Shown: positions 20,372 through 30,534 of the stretch, piece by piece | How the letters are laid out: each line of letters begins with the position of its first letter | How positions within the stretch are numbered: the stretch's first letter is position 1 | Origin: Promethearchaeota archaeon | GTDB lineage: Archaea; Asgardarchaeota; Lokiarchaeia; Sigyniarchaeales; SOKP01 | Length of the DNA stretch: 64,000 bases | Reading direction: 5' to 3' | NCBI GenBank assembly: GCA_019058365.1 | Contig: JAHPZE010000002.1 | Coordinates: 224,001 to 288,000 of the forward strand | The notes under the pieces: generated by a model | What the model was told of the DNA's origin: nothing | Seen by the model: the letters and a program-made list of their open reading frames with translations, nothing else | Databases searched by the model: none | Position numbers and translations under genes: made by a program

Positions 20372-21046
20372 ATGCCATTAATCATAATATTGGCTGAATG
20401 TGGATTAGAATTAATACCCAAACAAATAAGGAATCATCCTGCTGTGAAGAAAAATATATCTTCAAGAATTTATTCTTCACAATTATTAGATAACGCTTTA
20501 CATTTTTCCGCTATGAAAAAATTGAAAAATTATGAAAAGAGAGGACGACCAGACATAACCCATGTTTGTTTACTTAACGCTTTAGGATCACCTCTAAACA
20601 AAAATGGAAATTTAATACTATATATTCATACAATTAAAAATAAAATTTTTAAAATAAATCCTGAATTAAGAATCGCACGAAATTATAACCGGTTTAAAGG
20701 ATTGATTGCGAAATTATTAATAGATGGAAGTATCGAGATAAAAGGTTCATACTTAATAGAACCAATTAGAGGTACCTTAAAGGAACTTATCTCTAAATTT
20801 GAAAATTCCGAAGTTTACCTATCTTCAAGTAAGGGTAAGTCAATTGATAACTATAGAGATTTGTTTCAAGACGCTTTAGCTAAAAATTATATTGTTATCA
20901 TAGGGGGATTTCAAAAAAGTAGTTTCTCTGAAGAAATTACTAACTTATCTGGAAACCAAATCTCAATTTCAAGATACCCATTAGATGCGTGGATTGTTGT
21001 CAATAAAATTATAACTTATTATGAACTAACTCACAGAATTCATTAA
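20372..21046 (+). CDS. nep1: 16S rRNA pseudouridine methyltransferase Nep1/Emg1
   Basis: LELIP, LLD..H, RGRPDITH..L..SPLN, RNYNRFKGL, IIGGF. Confidence 0.95.
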   Translation: MPLIIILAECGLELIPKQIRNHPAVKKNISSRIYSSQLLDNALHFSAMKKLKNYEKRGRPDITHVCLLNALGSPLNKNGNLILYIHTIKNKIFKINPELRIARNYNRFKGLIAKLLIDGSIEIKGSYLIEPIRGTLKELISKFENSEVYLSSSKGKSIDNYRDLFQDALAKNYIVIIGGFQKSSFSEEITNLSGNQISISRYPLDAWIVVNKIITYYELTHRIH

Positions 21047-21095
21047 AATCACTAAAGTTAAAAGAAATGGTGAATTTAATATATTACCCAAATTA

Positions 21096-21167
21096 GCGCC
21101 GCTAGTCTAGGGGTTATGATTCCGGCCTTCCAAGCCGGTGACCCGGGTTCAATTCCCGGGCGGCGCA
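21096..21167 (+). tRNA. tRNA-Gly(TCC), intronless
   Basis: Full cloverleaf: GCGCCGC/GCGGCGC acceptor, CCGGC-CTTCCAA-GCCGG, CCGGG-TTCAATT-CCCGG. Confidence 0.97.
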
Positions 21168-21460
21168 TAAAAACATTCCTTTTTTAAACCCATATAATAA
21201 CAAATCTTATACAATAAAATTTCGTGAAAGGATAATTTCACGAAGATTTGAATGTTATGAAAAAACCAATTTTTTCTAATATTTCATAAAGCAAAGAGTT
21301 ATATTTACATATTTGTATTTTATTGTTGAAAAAACGCCTGCTAAATACTTTCCATTTCCATATTAGATCACTTCTTTATATGTATTAAAAAGGCGCTTTT
21401 TCACTTCTTTTAAGTCTAATATATTTTTCTTTCATCAATCTTAAATTTCTTATTTTATTA

Positions 21461-22627
21461 TTGAGTAATACTATACTATTAATCATTATAATGGTTAAAT
21501 ATACTTATAAAGAATTTAAGTCAGTTTTAAATAAATTAAAATATCCAGATTCATGGTTTTGGTCTCGATACACATTAAACACATATTCTGGATGTGCTCA
21601 TGCTTGTATCTATTGTGATGCTCGAAGCGAGAGATATTATATCGAGGATTTTGAAAATGAAGTGATTATTAAAACTAATTTCGATAAGAAACTAGATCAG
21701 AGACTTAAAAAAGCTCGAACATTATTGCCTGATATAATTGCTCCTGGTGGTGTAAATGATGCCTATCAACCTATTGAAAAGAAAATTGAGCATACGAGGA
21801 AAGTATTAGAAGTTATTGCAAAATATAAATTTCCAATTAATATCGCTACTAAATCGAATCTAGTTACTCGAGATGTTGATATTCTTAGAAAAATCGCAAA
21901 TGAGACATGGTGTGCTATAGGATTCTCTATATCGACTACAAATGAAGAACTAGCGAAATTCTTAGAACCTTATTCTTCTTTGCCTTCGGAACGACTTGAA
22001 GCTTTAAAAAGGATAAAGAAGGAAGCTCCTAATATTCAAGTTGGGACATATTTCATTCCTATAATTCCATTTTTAGAGGATACTGATGAAAACTTAGAAG
22101 ATGTAATAAAAAAATCTAAAGAGGCTGGTGCTGATTTTGTATTATTTTCACCTGGCTTGACCATGAGGGATTCTCAAGTGGAATATTTCTTAAAAAAATT
22201 AAAAGAAAGTAATTATAACTATGTTGTTAAACCACTACTTGAATTATATCAAGGTCAGATGCATCCACCCTCAGAATATTGTAAAAAAATTAATAATAAA
22301 TTATGGAATTTATGTCAAAAATATAATGTTAATGTCCGAGTAAAACGTTGGATTCCTTCAGATTTCCGTAATTGGAATTATAAAATATCAGAATTACTCT
22401 TAAATAAAGAGTATATAGATGCATTAAAAACAGGTAAATCGAATAAAACTCTAATGTGGGCAGGATTGAACCTTAATAACCTAGAAGAATCGATTTTAGA
22501 CTTTTATAAGAGAGATGAATTGCACACTATAAAAAACTTTAATCCCAAAATAATTGAACTTATCGAACCTTACTTGGAAAAAAGTAAAGAATTAAAACAA
22601 AAAAAGGGGTTAGAAAAATTTCTATAA
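21461..22627 (+). CDS. SplB/Rv2578c-like radical SAM protein (likely start ATG 21490)
   Basis: NTYSGCAHACIYC, DAYQPIE, TKSNLVTRD, LEP....ERL, PIIPFL. Confidence 0.88.
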   Translation: MSNTILLIIIMVKYTYKEFKSVLNKLKYPDSWFWSRYTLNTYSGCAHACIYCDARSERYYIEDFENEVIIKTNFDKKLDQRLKKARTLLPDIIAPGGVNDAYQPIEKKIEHTRKVLEVIAKYKFPINIATKSNLVTRDVDILRKIANETWCAIGFSISTTNEELAKFLEPYSSLPSERLEALKRIKKEAPNIQVGTYFIPIIPFLEDTDENLEDVIKKSKEAGADFVLFSPGLTMRDSQVEYFLKKLKESNYNYVVKPLLELYQGQMHPPSEYCKKINNKLWNLCQKYNVNVRVKRWIPSDFRNWNYKISELLLNKEYIDALKTGKSNKTLMWAGLNLNNLEESILDFYKRDELHTIKNFNPKIIELIEPYLEKSKELKQKKGLEKFL

Positions 22628-22659
22628 TCACAGAAATAATCACAGAAATCAATGAAGTA

Positions 22660-23364
22660 TTGAAAAATACAGCTCCTAAATTTACTCCCGAACAGATTGT
22701 TCGAAGAAACAAAATACTAAATTCTAATAATCCAAACTTTTTTGGATATGGTCATAAGATTTCTGATATAGAAAAAATTACTAAAATCGTCCATATGAAA
22801 TATCAATGTAGTTATGAAGATGCTCTCACCGTTTGTAAAAATTTAGTTAGTTCCAGTGTTCATGAGGAGAAATTTGCTGGTATATTTTTTCTCAATTACT
22901 TTAAAAGCAATTTCAATCAAGCGACTATAGATATGTTTGAAGAACTATTCTCCAAACACTGTGATACGTGGGCTTTTTGTGATAGTAGTTGTATTAGAGT
23001 TATTGGACCATTTCTCGGAAAAAAGAATAACCAACAATTAGCTGAAAAAACAATTGATAATTGGTCAACATCTGAAAATCTTTGGGTTAGAAGAGCTTCA
23101 ATAGTAATTCTACTTAAAATTATAATGATTAAAAAAAGATTCGATGAGGATTATGTATTTGAATTTGTAGAAAAAATGCTTAATTACACCGAGGATTATA
23201 TTCAGAAAGGTATTGGTTGGCTCCTAAAAACGTGCTCAAGATATAAACCTGATTCAATTTTTAAATACTTAATGAGTAATAAAAAAAGACACTCCCGCTT
23301 AATTCTTAGATATGCTAGCGAAAAATTAACTAAAGAAAGAAGGGAGTTAATTTTGGAAAAGTAA
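22660..23364 (+). CDS. AlkD-like DNA alkylation repair protein
   Basis: HEEK, DTWAFCD, WSTSENLWVRRAS, DYIQKGIGWLLK, LRYASEKL. Confidence 0.9.
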   Translation: MKNTAPKFTPEQIVRRNKILNSNNPNFFGYGHKISDIEKITKIVHMKYQCSYEDALTVCKNLVSSSVHEEKFAGIFFLNYFKSNFNQATIDMFEELFSKHCDTWAFCDSSCIRVIGPFLGKKNNQQLAEKTIDNWSTSENLWVRRASIVILLKIIMIKKRFDEDYVFEFVEKMLNYTEDYIQKGIGWLLKTCSRYKPDSIFKYLMSNKKRHSRLILRYASEKLTKERRELILEK

Positions 23365-23477
23365 AGGAATCATATGAAAAAACTTTATATGATATTTTTT
23401 CCTTTTTAAATTACGAATTTTGATATTTTAAAAACTTAAATGTTTTATAAAATAAAAATTCTCAATATAACCAAAGA

Positions 23478-23668
23478 GCCAAGGTGGCGTAGTAGAACTC
23501 CTAATTAGGGAGTCTGCGAACCCCGGGAACGCACTAGAATCATCAGAATTACTGATAATGGTGAAACTGAAGATCTAGGTATCGAGCAGAATGAGCTCCT
23601 CGTTCATTCTCGAGAAAGTTCAAAGGGATTCGCCTTGAACGGATTCCGGAATAATCTCTCCCTTGGCA
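23478..23668 (+). tRNA. tRNA-Phe(GAA) with four BHB introns (about 23494-23520, 23538-23565, 23587-23616, 23624-23653)
   Basis: GCCAAGG/CCTTGGC-A acceptor. After removing the four inserts: D-stem GCGT/ACGC, anticodon arm CTAGA-CTGAAGA-TCTAG, T arm GAGAG-TTCAAAT-CTCTC. Confidence 0.85.
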
Positions 23669-23992
23669 ATTATCCTAATTCTCATCAATAATATAAATCA
23701 TTCAAATTTCTTATAGAAATAGTTCAATTTTCCCCTTAATTCATAATTCTTAAAATTTAAAAATGTTTGATATAGTTCTAAGGTTGTAGGGATTCTTTTC
23801 TATTTTTCATTGAATTTTTCAATAAAATCATGCACTTTTTGATGTTTTATATTACTAACAGATATGATGCTGTTGGTTGGAGGAGTGCGCAGATGAACTC
23901 TTTTGAGAGTTAGATACTTAAAGATATTGAAAGAGAGGGTTAAGAACTAAATATTTTAAAAAAATAAAACAAAAAAGGCAAAAAAATAGACT

Positions 23993-25108
23993 TTAAGATT
24001 TCTTCAATTTTTTACTTAAAATGATTACTACAACGGATAGAATGCCAAACAGAACGAATAGATTATATCCAGGAATTATTCCATCGTCTTGATTATAAAT
24101 ACAATCTCCATTATCACTAAATGTGTTTCCTTCACAATCAATCTCTATGAAGCATCCATCATTTTCTTGCAAGATGTTTCCCGAAATTATATTATCATCA
24201 CTATTTTTTAAATATATCCCGAATTGAGAATTGTTGAATACGTTGTTTTCCTTAATGTCGTTCCAATTGCTGCCTTCTAAATATATTCCGTTAGTGCCAT
24301 CATAGCTTATACTATTTTCTGTAATTTTATTTCTATGACTATCTACTAAATTTATTCCATTAACGGTATTAAAGCTTATAGCATTTCCCGAAAGGAAGTT
24401 ATTAAAACCATATACATATATCCCACTAACCCCGTTATTACTTGCGTTGTTTCCTGAAATGAAGTTGCTATTACCTCCACAACTTATCCCATCAAGCATG
24501 TTGTTATTTGCTGTATTTCCTGAAATTATGTTATTATTACTTACTATAATTCCTATCCCAAACCGGTAATTCATGTCTGCTGTATTTCTCGCAATGATAT
24601 TATGATAACATCCCGATAAATATATTCCATAATAAGTCAACGAACAATTATTCATGATTATCAGAGAATTGTTTACATTTGATAATTTAATTCCAGCTTT
24701 ATATTCTCCTGGCGGAAATTGGGATATCGCATTGTAGAGGGTACAATTTTCAATCGTAAAATAAACATTTGAATTTTCAATCCAGATACAATTTTCTCCA
24801 TTTTTTGAACCTCCACCATCTATTATCAAATCTTCTATCACGTAAGGGTCGGAATGTGTGCCCGACCCCGAACAATTTCCATCATTTTTAAAATCAACCC
24901 AACCAGAATTACCATCTATATAAATTGGTTTTGATACTTGTGAGGTTTTCAAATTTTCTTTATTAAAAGAAATATCATCACTATATTCCGAATATGGAAA
25001 GCTATTTCCCGCATCAAGAATGAGATTAGTGTTATTTATAGTTGAAAGGATGAAAACAATTCCTATGGTGATTAAAATAATAATTTTTGATTTTGCATTT
25101 GATTTCAT
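23993..25108 (-). CDS. Secreted parallel beta-helix (NosD/PbH1) protein with Loki-CTERM-like anchor
   Basis: Paralog of 1242..2450: CSGSGTHSDPYVIEDLIIDGGG, GIYL..S..N.I..N repeats, IPGYNLF-TM-KKLKKS. Confidence 0.85.
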   Translation of the reverse strand: MKSNAKSKIIILITIGIVFILSTINNTNLILDAGNSFPYSEYSDDISFNKENLKTSQVSKPIYIDGNSGWVDFKNDGNCSGSGTHSDPYVIEDLIIDGGGSKNGENCIWIENSNVYFTIENCTLYNAISQFPPGEYKAGIKLSNVNNSLIIMNNCSLTYYGIYLSGCYHNIIARNTADMNYRFGIGIIVSNNNIISGNTANNNMLDGISCGGNSNFISGNNASNNGVSGIYVYGFNNFLSGNAISFNTVNGINLVDSHRNKITENSISYDGTNGIYLEGSNWNDIKENNVFNNSQFGIYLKNSDDNIISGNILQENDGCFIEIDCEGNTFSDNGDCIYNQDDGIIPGYNLFVLFGILSVVVIILSKKLKKS

Positions 25109-25499
25109 ACTATTTTCCCATACAAGTTAAATATAATTTGTAGCAATTAATAATTAGGTTAATTTTCTTTATATACATTTCAATCTACAACAGAAAGAAT
25201 ACCAAGCAGAAGGAAGAGATTAGATCCCCGCTTTCTTTCTATAATTCAGTTCACTTATTTCGGAATCATCTTCTTTCTTACTTTTCTTCCACATGTCCTA
25301 CAAATCTGGGTTGCTTTAAATACCCCATAAATCCAACCCTCAAATCAAAGTATAAGAAAAACCCCTAGTGTATTCTTACCATTTTTTAACTTGCATATGT
25401 TTTTCTCAAGTTTATTTTATATACAACAAAAAACACATTTGCTCATACTCTCTAATAAATATTTAATAAAGACTCTTAATTTAAATGCTTAGATTCAAA

Positions 25500-26687
25500 A
25501 TGAAATATGATTTTGATAGAGTTATCGAACGTTCTGGTACTAATTCTGTTAAATGGGACAAACAATTTCTTAAAGAACACTTTAAAACTGATGACATTTT
25601 GCCTCTGTAGGTTGCTGATATGGATTTTCAATGTCCTCAACCCGTCATTGATGCGTTAAAAAAGAGGGTTGATGCAGAAATTTATGGATATTGCTGGCAT
25701 AAAACTCCTACCTATTTAGATGCTGTTTCGAATTGGATGAAACGAAGACATGGATGGGAAATTGATAATGAATGGATAGTTTTCAGTCCTGGAATTGTTC
25801 CCGCTATTTATATGTTAGTTCAAACGCTTACTAATGTAGGAGAGAAAGTAATTGTTCAACCACCAGTATATTATCCTTTTTTTTCAGCCGTAGAAAATAA
25901 TGGACGTATCCTATTGACAAATCAATTGCATTATGAGAATAAGAGGTATACATTTAATTTCGAAGATTTTGAAGAGAAAGCTAAGGATCCATTAACTAAG
26001 ATGTTTATTCTCTGTAGCCCTCATAACCCTGTGGGGCGCGTTTGGACTGAAAAAGAACTTAGAAAACTTGGAGATATTTGTTTAGAAAATGATGTAATAA
26101 TAATTTCAGACGAAATTCATCACGATTTAATTCTTTCAGGATATAAACATACTCTTTTTTCTACAATATCGGATGATTTTGAAAGAAGCACAATTATGTG
26201 TACCGCACCAAGTAAAACATTCAATATTGCTGGTTTAAAAACGTCTAATATAATTATTCCAGACGAAAAAATGAGAGAATCATTCATAAATGTAATATCT
26301 AATAGGAATAGTGTTATGAGTCCAAATGCTTTTGGTATAGTTGCTTTAATTGCAGCCTACAATGAAGGAGAAGAATGGTTAGATCAAGCCTTAAAGTATA
26401 TCGAAACTAATTTTAAATTCTTAAAAGAATTTGTTAATGAAAAACTCATCAATATTGATTTCGTTGATCCAGAAGGGACTTATCTTGCTTGGTTAGATTG
26501 CAATAGATTGAGTATGGATGATGAAGAACTTAGTAATTTTATGCTTAAAAAAGCAAAAGTTGCACTGGATGATGGTAAAATATTTGGTCCAGGTGGAGAA
26601 GGATTTGAGAGAATAAATGTAGGATGTCCACAATCGATATTAAAAGAGTGTATGAATCGTATAGTTAATGCATTAAATGAAAAATAA
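25500..26687 (+). pseudogene. MalY/PatB cystathionine beta-lyase family PLP enzyme with in-frame TAG at codon 37
   Basis: ATG 25500 gives MKYDFDRVIERSGTNSVKWD..DILPL*VADMDF; downstream LCSPHNPVGRVW, SDEIH, APSKTFN intact. Confidence 0.85.
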
Positions 26688-26713
26688 TTTTTTCTTAACT
26701 AGTAGTATTGAAT

Positions 26714-27241
26714 TCAATGAAATAATGGGTTTTGATTTCTTCTTGAGTCGTTATTAATGAAAACCCTAAATTTTTCATTGTTTTCATCGATAAATTCCCA
26801 AAATTCATTATAAATATCTTCAAGAGACATTTTTTTTTTCTGAAAATTAGTTTTTCGATTTATTTGCTGATTATAGTTCTTCTTTAGAATTTCTTTTGGT
26901 GTATATTCAACATAATTGCCTTCTAAAATTAAATTTTCAAAAAGTCCAATATCCCCTTGTTTATTTATATTAAGATCAGAATTCTTTTCGTCATTTGACT
27001 TATTTTCAAATTCAAAATCTACTCTCTGATACCCTCGAACCTGAAAATTTTTATCCACAAATGCTTGAAATTGATGCTCGCACACTAATCCTCGTGCTAT
27101 GGACATTGTAGTTAGCTGTTTTGCTTCTGAAATTACAGTTTTAGGAATTTCTAATGATTTTTTTGACTTACATACTGGACATATAAATTCAACCTTCGAT
27201 CTATTGATATTTACATTCCTCTTAACTTCTGTGATTGCCAT
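26714..27241 (-). CDS. Hypothetical protein with putative Zn-binding N-terminal domain
   Basis: CPVC...GLVCEHQFQAFVDKNFQVRGYQRVD. Confidence 0.6.
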   Translation of the reverse strand: MAITEVKRNVNINRSKVEFICPVCKSKKSLEIPKTVISEAKQLTTMSIARGLVCEHQFQAFVDKNFQVRGYQRVDFEFENKSNDEKNSDLNINKQGDIGLFENLILEGNYVEYTPKEILKKNYNQQINRKTNFQKKKMSLEDIYNEFWEFIDENNEKFRVFINNDSRRNQNPLFH

Positions 27242-27361
27242 TATAACACCTTCTTGAGATTATCTAAAATTAACAATAAAAACCCCATTTATTTCATAAT
27301 AATAAGGATGAGATTTAAGTTCGAGGACTATACCTATTAAGTAATTTATAAATTATCAAAA

Positions 27362-27877
27362 TTAGGTACTATCGGGATCAAATTTGATATTCATATTGGT
27401 CTCATCCAATTCAAAATTAATCTCTAAATTTGATACTAAATCACTTTTAATTTTGAAACAATGAGACCCTTTGGTGAATTTCTTTAAAATATCATCATCT
27501 AATTTTATTAAGAGACTGATACTATCGTTTAGATTAACCGTTCTACCGCTCAATTTACCTTCCATAATATCATTTAAATTAAAGGATTCTCCTTTATGAT
27601 AGATTGATAAACGACTTTTTAACGTATCTAAATTAACATTATCTTTAGAAAAGTTTAATTTCATATCGTCTAAGTAAAATTCTCTATATTTAGATACATC
27701 AAGAGTATTAGGATCAAACTTTTTAATATTAAAATCTCCAATTTCAATTTCTTCAGGAATTACAAATGGTATAAGTAGATTAATAAATTTTATTTGTATT
27801 GAATCTACTCTCCCGTCACCGTCAGTATCTAGTATAAAGACACTCCTTTTTGGCGGAAAGATCTTTTTTATCAACAC
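27362..27877 (-). CDS. Hypothetical protein
   Basis: 171-aa ORF with a DTDGDG loop; no family recognised. Confidence 0.55.
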   Translation of the reverse strand: MLIKKIFPPKRSVFILDTDGDGRVDSIQIKFINLLIPFVIPEEIEIGDFNIKKFDPNTLDVSKYREFYLDDMKLNFSKDNVNLDTLKSRLSIYHKGESFNLNDIMEGKLSGRTVNLNDSISLLIKLDDDILKKFTKGSHCFKIKSDLVSNLEINFELDETNMNIKFDPDST

Positions 27878-27952
27878 TTTGAATGCAGATAAATCATACG
27901 ATATAAAATTTCACCCTAATTATTTTTTATGGATTATTTGTAAATCTAAATA

Positions 27953-28975
27953 TTAATATTTTTCAATTTCAGAAATCTTTACTGGACGATTCTCTTCATA
28001 TGATTTCTGAGCAGCTAAGGCTACCAAAACATTTTGCAATCCATCTTCCCCATTTGGTTTGGGTTCTATATTTTTACGTAAGCATTCAAAGAAACTTTTT
28101 AATTCAGTAGAATAAGATTCCATGTATCTTTCCATGAAAAAGTATGGAATTTTGTCAATATTAGTGCATTCAGCAGTATAAATACGGACAGTATTAGTAG
28201 CCTCATTATCCGCTATAACACATCCCTTAGAGCCAAAAACTTCAACACGTTGGTCATATCCATAAACTGCTTGACGAGTATTATCAATTATTCCTATAGC
28301 TCCATTTTTAAATTTTAAAACTGCAACAGCAGTATCTATATCTCCTGCCTTCCCGATTTCGGGATCAATAAGTACAGATCCAGTTGCATAGATTTCTTCC
28401 ACTTCACTCCCAGCTTGGAATCTTGCCATATCCCAATCATGAATAGTCATATCAAGAAAAATACCTCCCGATACTTTTATATAGTCTATTGGAGGGGGAG
28501 CAGGATCCCGAGAAGTAATTTTAATTATTTGAGGTTCACCTATTTGACCAGAAGCGACTGATTCATAACATCTTAAAAAGTTACGATCAAAACGACGATT
28601 AAACCCCACCATGAGTTTGATACCCGTCTCTTTAACAATTGAAAGTGTTTCTTTAATACGCTTTATATCTGTATCAATTGGTTTTTCACAAAAAACATTT
28701 TTGTTCACTTTAGCAGCTTCTTGGATAAATTTTGCATGAGTATCTGTGGGGGAGCATATTAAAACAGTTTCAATTTCAGGATCTTTAAAGATTTCATTTG
28801 GATCGTTAGTGAGTTTGGAAACTCCCATGTCTGTTGCCCATGTTCTCAAATTATCATTTATCTCGAGATCAACTACACTTTTTAATTTTACATTCGGTAT
28901 TTTATGTAATAAATTTTCAATATGAATTTTACCAATTCTACCTGCTCCTATTAAACCAACGGAAAAAGATTTCAT
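27953..28975 (-). CDS. iolG: myo-Inositol 2-dehydrogenase
   Basis: GAGRIGKIH, CSPTDTH, FCEKP, GFNRRFD, ITSRDP, SGGIFLDMTIHDWD, YGYDQRVEVFG. Confidence 0.93.
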   Translation of the reverse strand: MKSFSVGLIGAGRIGKIHIENLLHKIPNVKLKSVVDLEINDNLRTWATDMGVSKLTNDPNEIFKDPEIETVLICSPTDTHAKFIQEAAKVNKNVFCEKPIDTDIKRIKETLSIVKETGIKLMVGFNRRFDRNFLRCYESVASGQIGEPQIIKITSRDPAPPPIDYIKVSGGIFLDMTIHDWDMARFQAGSEVEEIYATGSVLIDPEIGKAGDIDTAVAVLKFKNGAIGIIDNTRQAVYGYDQRVEVFGSKGCVIADNEATNTVRIYTAECTNIDKIPYFFMERYMESYSTELKSFFECLRKNIEPKPNGEDGLQNVLVALAAQKSYEENRPVKISEIEKY

Positions 28976-29104
28976 TAAATTATATCACATCACAGTCTTA
29001 AAAGTTTATTATTTTTAAACTTTCTAAAGAAGAATTATAGATTTATATTTATGAAAGGCTAAATTGAATTAATTAATTAAAATTTTTTTAAAAGTGTTAG
29101 TATT

Positions 29105-30322
29105 ATGAGTGAAGAAAAAATACAAGTTTATGGATATCGATGGGTAGTGCTATTATTATTCATGTTAGTAAATATAACAGTACAAATACTTTGGATAACT
29201 TTTGCTGCTGTCACTATACCAGCACAAATATACTTTGGTGTAGCTGATGAACTATATATATTTCTTCTTTCTGCTATTTTTATGATAATATACATACCAG
29301 ATACCTTTATAGCTTCATGGCTAATTGATAAATATGATTTTAAAATAGGTTGTGGGATAGGAGCAGTTTTGATAGCTATTTTCGGTTTCCTACGTTTTTT
29401 TGCCGGTCCAGATTATTTTCTGATGCTAATTTTTACTATTGGTATAGCGATTGGGCAACCATTTATTATGAACAGTATAACCAAATTATCTGGTAATTGG
29501 TTTGCGAAATCTGAACGAACAACTGCAACAGGGCTTGGTACACTTTCAATGTTTATTGGAATTTTACTTGGGATGCTCTTAACACCATTTCTTATTGTCG
29601 GTAATGATCTTAGCTCAATGTTACTCATCTATGGAATCTTAAGTCTATCAATGGGAATCCTCTTTATTGTATTTGTAAAAAGTAGACCACCTACACCCCC
29701 TTCCTCAGAACCATTCAGTGAAAAGGTCCTAATGTTTGAAGGCCTGAAAAAATTGTTTACAAATAAACATTTTCTAATTTTGGTTTTTCTATACTTCTTG
29801 GGATTAGGAATTTTTAATATGATTACCACGTATATTCAGGTAATTCTAACTCCAAAGAACCCCGCAGTATATGATGAGACTTTTGCAGGGATTGTTGGTG
29901 GAATTATGCTTCTTGGAGGAATTTTTGGTGCTATTATTATGTCAGCTCTTTCTGATAAATTTCAGAAAAAAGTAGTTTTAATAATAATTTCTGTTGCAAT
30001 TGCTACCATTTCTTTATTCATATTTGCTTTTGTAATTGATGAAACATCACTAATGGTCAGTGCTTTCTTATTTGGTTTTGGATTACTTGGCGCTGCTCCA
30101 GTTGCATTGGAATATGCAGTAGATATCACAAAACCAGTTCCAGAAGCAAGTTCGAATGGAATCTTGATGATGGTTGGACAAATTGGAGGGATTGTCTTTA
30201 TCCTTGGTCTAGCAAATTTTACATTACCAAGCGGGAATTATCTGCCAGCATTACTCTTAGAAGCTATTTTAATTGCTATTGCCTTAGTGTTATCATTCTT
30301 TCTTAAAAAAGTGAAAAAATAA
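29105..30322 (+). CDS. MFS transporter (FLVCR-like)
   Basis: About 12 TM helices, YGYRWVVL, WF..SER..A, PPTPPS. Confidence 0.88.
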   Translation: MSEEKIQVYGYRWVVLLLFMLVNITVQILWITFAAVTIPAQIYFGVADELYIFLLSAIFMIIYIPDTFIASWLIDKYDFKIGCGIGAVLIAIFGFLRFFAGPDYFLMLIFTIGIAIGQPFIMNSITKLSGNWFAKSERTTATGLGTLSMFIGILLGMLLTPFLIVGNDLSSMLLIYGILSLSMGILFIVFVKSRPPTPPSSEPFSEKVLMFEGLKKLFTNKHFLILVFLYFLGLGIFNMITTYIQVILTPKNPAVYDETFAGIVGGIMLLGGIFGAIIMSALSDKFQKKVVLIIISVAIATISLFIFAFVIDETSLMVSAFLFGFGLLGAAPVALEYAVDITKPVPEASSNGILMMVGQIGGIVFILGLANFTLPSGNYLPALLLEAILIAIALVLSFFLKKVKK

Positions 30323-30534
30323 TTCAAAAATTTCTTTTTTTTTCTCTTTATCTCATTAAAGTCAAAAATTTTACAATAGTAATAGTTTTATCAAGTTTTA
30401 TTTCCTAAAATCCTCTTCTCTTGATTAATAAATTCACTAAGTTATATAAAAAATATTGACATAGATGTAAAAATGAGTTACTAATCCTTTTATCTTTTAA
30501 AAAATCTTTTATAAATTTAGTAAATTATGGGTAA

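Noticed and set aside
22625-22648. 12-bp tandem repeat TAATCACAGAAA x2
   Set aside because: Only two copies, probably coding (IITE IITE) at the alkD N-terminus; not a CRISPR or mobile-element signal
25201-25223. Short inverted similarity to the tRNA-Phe 3' end (possible att site)
   Set aside because: Only about 13 nt, wrong orientation for attL/attR, no integrase nearby
25249-25410. Minus-strand fragment ..FLIL*FEGWIYGVFKATQICRTCGRKVRKK with an internal TGA
   Set aside because: Too short, the TGA is not in a Cys-like context and no SECIS was recognised; at most a gene remnant, not a selenoprotein
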